Shown here piece after piece: positions 18,801-24,618 of a stretch of DNA of 42,020 nt (position 1 is the stretch's first letter; each line of letters begins with the position of its first letter). A model generated the notes under the pieces. The model had not been told where the DNA came from. It saw only the letters and a program-made list of their open reading frames with translations, and did not search any database. Origin of the DNA: a virus. Taxonomy: Duplodnaviria; Caudoviricetes. The position numbers and the translations under genes were made by a program. The DNA lies in the IMG/VR virus record IMGVR_UViG_3300014501_000032, positions 1 through 42,020 of that record. One strand, given 5' to 3'.

Positions 18801-19965
18801 CGGAAATTCCCTGCTGTACGTTCGGATTGGTGTTGATTTTATCAGCGCCGACTGGGTTGCCCTTCGCATCCGTCGTAGCGAGTTGGTAAATACGATTAAA
18901 GGCGCGGTACTTTTCGACATCCTGCTTTGACGCGGCGGTTTCAAAATCCTTGCCTATCTGCGTTCGCTGGTCCGCTGTTGCTGCGCTGCCCGTCTTGCCG
19001 TAGTCGTCCACCGTCGCGATGCCGTTGGCGAGCTGGCCGCGCGTGCCCGTTGCACCGTTGCGCGACCACGGCCCTAGATTCAATTCGTCACCGTACACAG
19101 TTTTTAGCGCGCCTTTGTACGTATCCTGTTCCTTGGTTTCCATCGGCACGTACGTATTGCGCTGCTCCATTTGCTGCCCTTGCGCATTGATGGCAACGCG
19201 TGCGTTGCGCAGCGCGAGTGCTTCAGATGGCGCAGCAGCCTTAAACGCGTCCAGCGTCGGCGGCAGTTTTAAGCCCGCGCCCTCTAAATCGGTCAGCGTG
19301 CCGTCCTGACGAAGCTGATTGATCTTGGCTTGATACTGCCCTTGATTTTCCATGCCGGACAGACTGTCGAAAGCGGTTTGCGCGTTGTCCAGATGGCTGC
19401 CAATTTTCGCGTAGACTTGCGGCGCGATGGCTGCGGCACGATCGGGCGCGATAGCTTGGATACCTTGGAACGCTTTTAGGTCGCCGTTAAGTGCCTTCAC
19501 CGACGCGACCTGAAGACGATCGTCCTGCGTCGCTTGATCCGGCGCTTCGTCGGGCGTCAAACCGAGTTGCTGTGCCTGTGTACGGCCGGCCTGGATTGCC
19601 GCTTTTTGCGTCTGGATTTTCTGGAGCTGTTCAGTTGCCTGCGGCACAAACGCTCGCGCTGCCTGGACCTGTTCGGGTGCAAAGAACTGCGCGAGCGGAT
19701 TGGTCGCGATGCTACCGGCGCGGGTTATGCGCTGCTGAAGCAGACTCGCCGATTGGTCAAGCGCACTCTCTTGCGGATCCAGCGGCGTGTAATGCGGCCC
19801 CGGCAACAGGTTCAGCAATGAGCTGCCGAATGACGGCGTGCTATTTTGCGGTTGCGGCACGGGCGCCTGCGACGCTGGTGGATCGGGCAGCGTACCGCTG
19901 TTGTCGCCGCTGTAAGCTGGCGTGCCCGATTGTGTATCTAAGCCGCCGCCGAAAACATTCGACAT
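15850..19965 (-). CDS. Large internal virion/DNA-ejection protein with lytic transglycosylase-like domain
   Basis: 1371 aa, A/Q/G-rich helical; IETGG..NP...SSAGGAYGFIKTTW...YVAHNLGAGGA lysozyme-fold motif; Gly-zipper GAIAGGAIGGPPGAVVGG. Confidence 0.8.
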   Translation of the reverse strand: MSNVFGGGLDTQSGTPAYSGDNSGTLPDPPASQAPVPQPQNSTPSFGSSLLNLLPGPHYTPLDPQESALDQSASLLQQRITRAGSIATNPLAQFFAPEQVQAARAFVPQATEQLQKIQTQKAAIQAGRTQAQQLGLTPDEAPDQATQDDRLQVASVKALNGDLKAFQGIQAIAPDRAAAIAPQVYAKIGSHLDNAQTAFDSLSGMENQGQYQAKINQLRQDGTLTDLEGAGLKLPPTLDAFKAAAPSEALALRNARVAINAQGQQMEQRNTYVPMETKEQDTYKGALKTVYGDELNLGPWSRNGATGTRGQLANGIATVDDYGKTGSAATADQRTQIGKDFETAASKQDVEKYRAFNRIYQLATTDAKGNPVGADKINTNPNVQQGISEGMASLLRGGQGGANVGLLKIELGKRGWSQSAIDGLVTNYAGVINTLFANADKPYLSRQTQGQIRDVMDALKTYNDSNITDRALGVAQRAGALGLGPDALGLGKDEATGAVSGALEAGRQAQIERMRPYFQPIGAGNGVLQLGAQRPGAGQVSLPPGAQSANQLPGTQPLLTPVQQATQNGGVSGVSPQRPAPSSSAPPGGAGQPSASVQPVTVAGQQVTMALPAGASPAYVNSLQRIETGGQKNPWTTTAQGSSAGGAYGFIKTTWDANKPPGAPARAVDATPEQQTAALEKLTNTNATALQTSGVPVNDTNLYVAHNLGAGGAASLLKANPNADARSIVGEAAARNNPTFFKGRPTVATVIGRYQANVAQDISDSVPRGAAPLPGASSSQPAAGNPMDDPAAIAWNNLTPAQQEEGRKGGVDMLAGAAPAATSTVGAIAGGAIGGPPGAVVGGAVGGGAGQALKDYLRGNPQSAAEIVKQTALGGALGVASAARPVVAAAGRVVGSGAIEAGSEAAQGASGPDVVDAGLRGMAEGAGGEAFGRALGMAGHKVFSLFAPDAKAAVQGAAKAYADSSKILETEPNRLPGVGGAASGPNPKYDAAQVAKDKSETTLKDAGLDPEEAAYAHKVSSEGVPVQEAQASKPGALEQKNIGLGYQQLETEVGAKGVGAPKAAPKLADGPIAAVENKQVSAKYGELAQRTEAAITAPAQDWQQKWTQLQDVRSNLLQAERDALGSTAIGKTQAAADMRTLADTVRTQQAKAANYVFGPQQGPQVMQRLNALDVRYRRLMDATNGGDLAQAARLKGADGRVADQKFRAFAAGDPTAIAAWNAMRRGAGSPNYEKGVYNLVAAEQIPVLGKVVSGVKLLGSFNRWMQERAAGSPAKFSDILNAAPDRTARNVRDVVGTAAQRGAVQGDVLNGADLNPISSAHAAEPNVLQITPAIAARMQRRLQNAQSDEETQRVIKDAAKYGVDWSHYGSR
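15861..15985. repeat. 125-bp duplicated segment, copy A (copy B at 22608-22732)
   Basis: Colinear, 23 mismatches in 125 bp by manual alignment, mostly synonymous. Confidence 0.9.
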
Positions 19966-20034
19966 TCTGACCGCTCCGCATTTGCTCGTTCATAGCCGAA
20001 CGCGCGGAACAGTAGCACGGCTAGGGGTTGGCTG

Positions 20035-20442
20035 TCACCGGGACTTATAGGCGACGCTGCAGTGGTGTTGACAATACGGTTTGCCATCCACGGCGCCCCC
20101 ACCGCAGGAAAAGAAATCTGACGACTGCGGTTCGCCGAACGGCCATTTGCAGATGCCCAGGCCGAGTTGCAGCAGCGTACGGCGCTGCCCCACTGGAACG
20201 TCGGCACCGTGGGGCATTGTCGGTAAAACAGGCAGCACGTCGTCTACCGGACCAAAGCGATTGCCGTGATTTGTGAAGTGATTCTTTCGCCACACGGGTG
20301 TTGCCGGTCCTAATTTTAGGCGGCTCAATTTACCAATCACGCTGTCACGCGACACATCCAGTTTATGCGCAATCTCTCTAGACGAAAGACCCCGCGCATG
20401 CAGTTCACGAAGCCGCGCCGTCCGTTCCTTAGTCCAGCTCAC
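20035..20442 (-). CDS. gcrA: GcrA-family cell-cycle regulator homologue
   Basis: Start GTG SWTKERTARLRELHARGLSSREIA...SRDSVIGKLSRL; C-terminal LLQL...CKWPFGEP...CG...PYCQHHCSVAY. Confidence 0.9.
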   Translation of the reverse strand: MSWTKERTARLRELHARGLSSREIAHKLDVSRDSVIGKLSRLKLGPATPVWRKNHFTNHGNRFGPVDDVLPVLPTMPHGADVPVGQRRTLLQLGLGICKWPFGEPQSSDFFSCGGGAVDGKPYCQHHCSVAYKSR

Positions 20443-20642
20443 GGCGCTACCTTGTTCCACTGCATCCAAGTCGTGCCGACAACGCTGTAAAAAAACTGCG
20501 TCTCGCGATCGTGGCGCGGCCCCCACACGACGCGTACGCCCCTGTCCAGCGTTTCAACAATCTCACCGACGCTGGCGCCGCCATCCGCCGGATTTTCGAT
20601 CTTGTCACCAACTTTGAGCGCGGCAAATTCTTGCAGGTTCAT
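20439..20642 (-). CDS. Small SH3/KOW-like hypothetical protein
   Basis: LKVGDKI...GEIVE...VRVVW pattern; coupled to neighbours. Confidence 0.65.
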   Translation of the reverse strand: MNLQEFAALKVGDKIENPADGGASVGEIVETLDRGVRVVWGPRHDRETQFFYSVVGTTWMQWNKVAP

Positions 20643-20770
20643 AGTTCGTCCCCCAACAGATCCAAGATGCCCAGCAGAATCGCCCGTACGTTGGCATCAA
20701 TCGGCGCGTCTTTCAAGCGCTGACGCAGCCGCGCGATCTTATCGCCGATGGTACGCGGCGCGTCAGCCAT
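20639..20770 (-). CDS. Small hypothetical protein (43 aa)
   Basis: MADAPRTIGDKIARLRQRLKDAPIDANVRAILLGILDLLGDEL; GAGGGAG RBS; ATGA overlap. Confidence 0.6.
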   Translation of the reverse strand: MADAPRTIGDKIARLRQRLKDAPIDANVRAILLGILDLLGDEL

Positions 20771-20960
20771 GACTTAGCTCCCTCTTTATTCTGTTAGTCA
20801 TTGACTTGGAACGTCCGTACAGCCGCTCCGCGTCCGCGTTGCGCGGTCGGTCGGCTTTAGTCACTGACACGTCGCTGGCTTGGTTTATCTCGGCAAGCAG
20901 TCTGAGGCAGGCGCGGAGTAATCTCCCGCGCCTGTCCCATTTGTGATGATAGCGCGTCAT
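20763..20960 (-). CDS. Small basic hypothetical protein
   Basis: 65 aa, fills the operon between coupled genes. Confidence 0.5.
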   Translation of the reverse strand: MTRYHHKWDRRGRLLRACLRLLAEINQASDVSVTKADRPRNADAERLYGRSKSMTNRIKRELSHG

Positions 20961-21028
20961 TGAAAATATAAAGCCAATAGCACGATGAACGAGAGCGCCA
21001 CAAGGATGTTGTACAGAGTTGTGTTCAT
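20957..21028 (-). CDS. Tiny single-TM peptide (23 aa)
   Basis: MNTTLYNILVALSFIVLLALYFQ; ATGA overlap downstream. Confidence 0.4.
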   Translation of the reverse strand: MNTTLYNILVALSFIVLLALYFQ

Positions 21029-21034
21029 GTCACT

Positions 21035-21568
21035 TCACTCCAAACCTCTAGCCTTCGCCATCGCTTCCAGGCAATCGAGAATTGCCGCAGTCTCGGTACC
21101 TAAAGTTTTGGCTTTGTTGTAGCCGACACCCCAGTGGTCGCGAGCGGCGGCCATTGAAAAATCACGGCAGCCGGCGACAACACGGGCGTGCTTGTCGTCT
21201 TTAAGTCTCATAAAGAAGAATGTGTAGCCGTCCGACCTAGACGGTCCTTGAACGCACCAACACCCTTCGCCCAAGTTCGCGCCGCGCAAGTTCGCGTCGC
21301 GCAAGTCCGCGCCGCGCAAGTTCGCGCCGCGCAAGTCCGCGTCGTACAAGTTCGCGCCGCGCAAGTTCGCGCCGTACAAGTTCGCGCCGTACAAGTTCGC
21401 GCCGTACAAGTTCGCGCCGCGCAAGTTCGCGCTGTACAAGTCCGCGCCGCGCAAGTCCGCGCCGCGCAAGTCCGCGCCGTACAAGTCCGCGCCGCGCAAG
21501 TCCGCGCCGCGCAAGTCCGCATAAGGAACGATATCCACTTTAACGTCGTTTATAGTTTTCTTTATCAT
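21035..21568 (-). CDS. Pentapeptide-repeat protein
   Basis: Start MIKKT; about 16 tandem A[D/N]L[R/Y][G/S/D] repeats (15-bp DNA unit) then C-terminal RSDGY...VAGCR...ARDHW domain. Confidence 0.9.
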   Translation of the reverse strand: MIKKTINDVKVDIVPYADLRGADLRGADLYGADLRGADLRGADLYSANLRGANLYGANLYGANLYGANLRGANLYDADLRGANLRGADLRDANLRGANLGEGCWCVQGPSRSDGYTFFFMRLKDDKHARVVAGCRDFSMAAARDHWGVGYNKAKTLGTETAAILDCLEAMAKARGLE

Positions 21569-21569
21569 G

Positions 21570-21980
21570 TCAGTACACCACCCGCTTGCCAGCTTCCGGC
21601 TTGAACGAAGCCACGGCGACAAACGACTTCCCTTCGTCGCCCAGCTTTTCCATCTGTGCCGGCGACAGCAATTCACGCTTGAACGCCTTGTCGCCGATCG
21701 TCTCTTGCGCGAGTTGCGCGGCAACTTCGGGATCGGACCAGCGGCGATGCACAACGCTGTCCTTGACGACGACGCCGGGAATCAGTTCGCCGTTGCCGAT
21801 AGCACGCGCTTGGATTTGCGCATCGATAGCCGCCTGATAGGCGCCGATGGCCTGAACGACTTTGACGATCGGTACGAGGTTGGCCGATTCGATCTTGTCC
21901 GCGTCAATCGCCTGGAGCTGTGCCAAGGCGGTTTGCAGCGTGTCGTAAACGGTAGCCAGTGCGGGGGTGTTGGTGTTCAT
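21570..21980 (-). CDS. Stand-alone paralogue of the DUF2800 nuclease C-terminal domain
   Basis: PGVVVK...RRWSD...[13 protein letters not shown]...KPE aligns with PGAVLK...RAWND...PLSPAQAEKLG..GK...KPE of 31121-32101. Confidence 0.8.
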   Translation of the reverse strand: MNTNTPALATVYDTLQTALAQLQAIDADKIESANLVPIVKVVQAIGAYQAAIDAQIQARAIGNGELIPGVVVKDSVVHRRWSDPEVAAQLAQETIGDKAFKRELLSPAQMEKLGDEGKSFVAVASFKPEAGKRVVY

Positions 21981-22037
21981 GTCACTCTCCAGCGTTGCGA
22001 ATGGTGCAGTTGTACGGAAGGATTTAGCGGCTGTCAA
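21981..22037 (-). promoter_or_regulatory. Sigma70-type promoter plus extended RBS (unit 1)
   Basis: TTGACA-17-TACAAC ... GCTGGAGAG-N4-ATG. Confidence 0.8.
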
Positions 22038-22255
22038 TCCTTCGTTTTGACGTACCAAGCATCCGTACTCGCAAGACTTCCTGGGCCGTTATCTTCAATA
22101 ATCTCAAAACTGTCCGCCGTCAGCGTCTTATCGCTAAACAGACCACGCTTCACGTAATCGGGGATAACAACCTGCAAATGCCGCTCCGCGCGTTCGCGGC
22201 TGTCAAACAGGGCGTGCAATGCTTTATGGTTCTTCTTTTCAACCAATTTGAACAT
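22034..22255 (-). CDS. Early hypothetical protein
   Basis: 73 aa with its own promoter/RBS unit. Confidence 0.75.
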   Translation of the reverse strand: MFKLVEKKNHKALHALFDSRERAERHLQVVIPDYVKRGLFSDKTLTADSFEIIEDNGPGSLASTDAWYVKTKD

Positions 22256-22317
22256 TTCGCTCTCCAGCGGTTTGTATTTGCGTTTTCAGTTGTACGGAGG
22301 GTTTTAGCGGGTGTCAA
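22256..22317 (-). promoter_or_regulatory. Sigma70-type promoter plus extended RBS (unit 2)
   Basis: TTGACA-17-TACAAC ... GCTGGAGAGCGAA-ATG; spacer nearly identical to unit 1. Confidence 0.8.
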
Positions 22318-22606
22318 GCGCCTTCAGCGCGCGGATAGCTACGGCAATATGATTTTTTGCTTGCCGGTAGCCGTCATCCGTGCATCCGTTGTCGTACGTA
22401 GAGCCACGGCAGTTGTCAATTTGCTCTGCAACCAAAGCCGCGCTCTCCAGAATTGCATTGCGATAGTTGCGGTCAAGATCATTCACCTTTTTAGCGGCCT
22501 CGTATGCGTCCCACACATGGCCCATGATGATTTTGTCATCCGAAGCGGCTTGCTGGCGCAGTGCTGCGCCTAGGTGCCCTACGACATTCTCAATTTGGGT
22601 ATTCAT
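22304..22606 (-). CDS. Early hypothetical protein
   Basis: Start MNTQIE (ATGA overlap); RNAILESAALVAE...IAVAIRALK motif common in small phage proteins. Confidence 0.7.
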   Translation of the reverse strand: MNTQIENVVGHLGAALRQQAASDDKIIMGHVWDAYEAAKKVNDLDRNYRNAILESAALVAEQIDNCRGSTYDNGCTDDGYRQAKNHIAVAIRALKALDTR

Positions 22607-22743
22607 GCGTACCGGCTCCAATCCACGCCGTACTTGGCAGCGTCTTTAATGACGCGCTGCAACTGTTCGTCGGATTCCGCGTTTTCCAACCGGCGCTGCA
22701 TGCGGGCTGCTATAGCGGGGGTGATTTGAAGGGTTTTGGTCAT
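22603..22743 (-). CDS. 46-aa stand-alone copy of the ejection-protein C-terminal domain
   Basis: MTKTLQITPAIAARMQRRLENAESDEQLQRVIKDAAKYGVDWSRYA; strong RBS and own promoter. Confidence 0.85.
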   Translation of the reverse strand: MTKTLQITPAIAARMQRRLENAESDEQLQRVIKDAAKYGVDWSRYA

Positions 22744-22815
22744 GTTCGCTCTCCAGCGATTTAGCGGTTGGCGTTTCAACAATGCTGTTATGGCACCCTG
22801 TACGTACGCTGTCAA
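22744..22815 (-). promoter_or_regulatory. Sigma70-type promoter plus extended RBS (unit 3)
   Basis: TTGACA-17-CATAAC ... CCGCTAAATCGCTGGAGAGCGAAC-ATG. Confidence 0.75.
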
Positions 22816-22822
22816 TAGCTAT

Positions 22823-23281
22823 TTACAAATTATTTCGTTTTTCTTGGCGCCGGCCGTAGCCCCAGCTCGTCTCGGTGTCCATGCCGAGAAGCCAGGCCAG
22901 TTTGCCCAGCTCGAAGCCCTCACAAATAGCGTCCCAGTGCGCCACAGCCGCGCGCCCATTGACCGGCGACGCAACGATAGCCAACCGTAACGCCGACGCT
23001 GCGGGCTCGTCAGCAGCCGCCAGGACGCGCTGCTTGCGCTTCGTGCGTTCAAAGTCCAAACGCGGTAGCCGTCCGATCGTCACCAGGTCGTCAACCACGC
23101 TTGCGAGCAATCCGCCGCACAGTTCCGCTAATTCGATTGGCAATCCGGCTTGTCTGCATGCTGTCGTCAGCGTCGGACTGTTCACCCGTACAAACGCGCT
23201 AATCCGTTCAGCGTGCTGGTTAGCCGTCTGCACTGCAATCTGCGGCAGCCGTGTGAGCGTCAGGGCGTTCATCCGTTCCAC
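22823..23281 (-). CDS. Hypothetical protein
   Basis: 152-aa ORF, first of the leftward early cluster; start uncertain. Confidence 0.5.
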   Translation of the reverse strand: MERMNALTLTRLPQIAVQTANQHAERISAFVRVNSPTLTTACRQAGLPIELAELCGGLLASVVDDLVTIGRLPRLDFERTKRKQRVLAAADEPAASALRLAIVASPVNGRAAVAHWDAICEGFELGKLAWLLGMDTETSWGYGRRQEKRNNL

Positions 23282-23373
23282 TATGCTCTCATTTGCTCCC
23301 CTCGTCTAGTGGGTGTATACTGCTCCCGCTCTCTTACACCCTCCCGCTACGAGGGGCTGATTGAATATGTACG

Positions 23374-23452
23374 CTGTAAATTTACGGCTTTTCACTGTGG
23401 ATTTACAACACTGTACTGTGGTAAATTTACAACTTGCGCTGTGATAAATTAC
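23374..23452. repeat. Four phased iteron-like repeats CTGT(G)..(A)AATTTAC in an AT-rich divergent intergenic region
   Basis: Copies at 23374, 23395, 23416, 23439 (spacing 21, 21, 23); two contain the palindrome GTAAATTTAC. Confidence 0.65.
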
Positions 23453-23492
23453 GTTTTACAGTCTATTAATACGATTCACAGGAGTTTTTGAC

Positions 23493-23915
23493 ATGCAACA
23501 CGCAGCGTATGACGGAGAACTACCCGAAGGCTGGCGGGGCGGCGACCCGGTAACGAAGCACTGGGGTGGCAACTTCATCCACCTGTACCGAGTGACGCGG
23601 CCTTGCGCGACGTGCCAAGCCGAAATCAGTATCGACGTGACTAAACAGGCAATCCAAGGCTTTAAGAAAAACGCCGGCTTGCTGCTGCGCAACTGCCCAA
23701 AATGCCGCGCGGAGCGTAAGGCCGGCGGCGTAGGGTCGCGCGGTGGTAAATCAAGGCCCGTCGCCGGCGACCCGCCCGCCTCGACCGATGAGCTAGAGAC
23801 TCTGCGCGCAGCCAACGCCACGATGAAAGAGGAACTTGAGGGGCTGTACGTACAAAACAGAGAACTGCGTGAACAACTGGGAAAAAACATGAAAATGCCT
23901 TGGGAGGCGAGTTGA
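23493..23915 (+). CDS. Zn-binding plus coiled-coil hypothetical protein
   Basis: CATC...CPKC, C-terminal coiled coil, AGGAG RBS; ends MPWEAS. Confidence 0.8.
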   Translation: MQHAAYDGELPEGWRGGDPVTKHWGGNFIHLYRVTRPCATCQAEISIDVTKQAIQGFKKNAGLLLRNCPKCRAERKAGGVGSRGGKSRPVAGDPPASTDELETLRAANATMKEELEGLYVQNRELREQLGKNMKMPWEAS

Positions 23916-23968
23916 CAGGGGTTTTTAGCAGGTGTACATGTACGTACATCGAAAGCTGGAGAGCAAAA
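23912..23968 (+). promoter_or_regulatory. Sigma70-type promoter plus extended RBS (unit 4)
   Basis: TTGACA-17-TACATG ... GCTGGAGAGCAAAA-ATG. Confidence 0.7.
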
Positions 23969-24139
23969 ATGATTAACCGAATCAAGACCGACGAAGAAAT
24001 GGTGCAGGAAGCCGCACGCGCCTTGGCGCTGGCGACCGAGAGCGAGTTTGACAAGGCTTGCTTCGATATGGTCGAAACCCTGCGCTACGCCCGCTCAATC
24101 CAATGGTGGGCACAGTTTGAAGACGGGAGGGCTGCGTGA
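23969..24139 (+). CDS. Early hypothetical protein (56 aa)
   Basis: MINRIKTDEE... downstream of GCTGGAGAG. Confidence 0.7.
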   Translation: MINRIKTDEEMVQEAARALALATESEFDKACFDMVETLRYARSIQWWAQFEDGRAA

Positions 24140-24327
24140 TGACCCGCAAAATAATTACTAGCCACGTTTTCCCGCCGATTCCGGTTCGTCAATTCGACTG
24201 GGCTGCGGTATTTGATGGCTACGAGCCCAGCGAGCATGTCGGTTACGGTCGCACCGAACAAGACGCGATTGCGGATCTTGTGGAACAGTGGAACGACGAC
24301 AACGGCCAATTCGGAGTCGGCGCATGA
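24136..24327 (+). CDS. Small hypothetical protein
   Basis: PPIPVRQFDWAA...GYGRTEQDAIADL pattern common in phages; GGGAGG RBS. Confidence 0.7.
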   Translation: MMTRKIITSHVFPPIPVRQFDWAAVFDGYEPSEHVGYGRTEQDAIADLVEQWNDDNGQFGVGA

Positions 24328-24503
24328 GCTACGGCGGCGGCCATCACAGGCACGGCGGCGCGATCGGTGTTTTCGCGATCGTTGCCGCCATTGCGTTCGC
24401 CTTCGGCTTACGTACAGCTCGCATCGTTGTCGGCGCCGCGATCATTGTGGCGCTGGCGTGCTTCGTGTACGTCATGTTTCGCGTTGTGATGGGGACGATA
24501 TAA
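24324..24503 (+). CDS. Small two-TM membrane protein
   Basis: MSYGGGHHRHGGAIGVFAIVAAIAFAFG...; GGAG RBS, ATGA overlap. Confidence 0.65.
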   Translation: MSYGGGHHRHGGAIGVFAIVAAIAFAFGLRTARIVVGAAIIVALACFVYVMFRVVMGTI

Positions 24504-24550
24504 TGAGCGCCAAGCAACTTTTGTTTGACAATAGCGTGATGCACGCATAA

Positions 24551-24589
24551 AAAGAAAAACCCCGCCGGGACTCGACTCCCGGCAGGGTT
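24551..24589. terminator. Hairpin with A-tract upstream of primase
   Basis: AAAAACCCCGCCGGGA-CTCGAC-TCCCGGCAGGGTT. Confidence 0.5.
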
Positions 24590-24618
24590 AGAAGCTGCAC
24601 CACATCTATAGCATGTGA

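Noticed and set aside
15990-19970. Many antisense and alternative-frame ORFs over the ejection gene and other long genes
   Set aside because: No RBS or motifs; expected shadow ORFs in GC-rich coding DNA
21265-21520. Tandem repeats as a CRISPR array
   Set aside because: 15-bp contiguous coding repeats with no unique spacers; they encode pentapeptide repeats
15861-22732. Duplicated 125-bp segment as a diversity-generating retroelement TR/VR pair
   Set aside because: Mismatches are not adenine-specific, are mostly synonymous, and no reverse transcriptase is present
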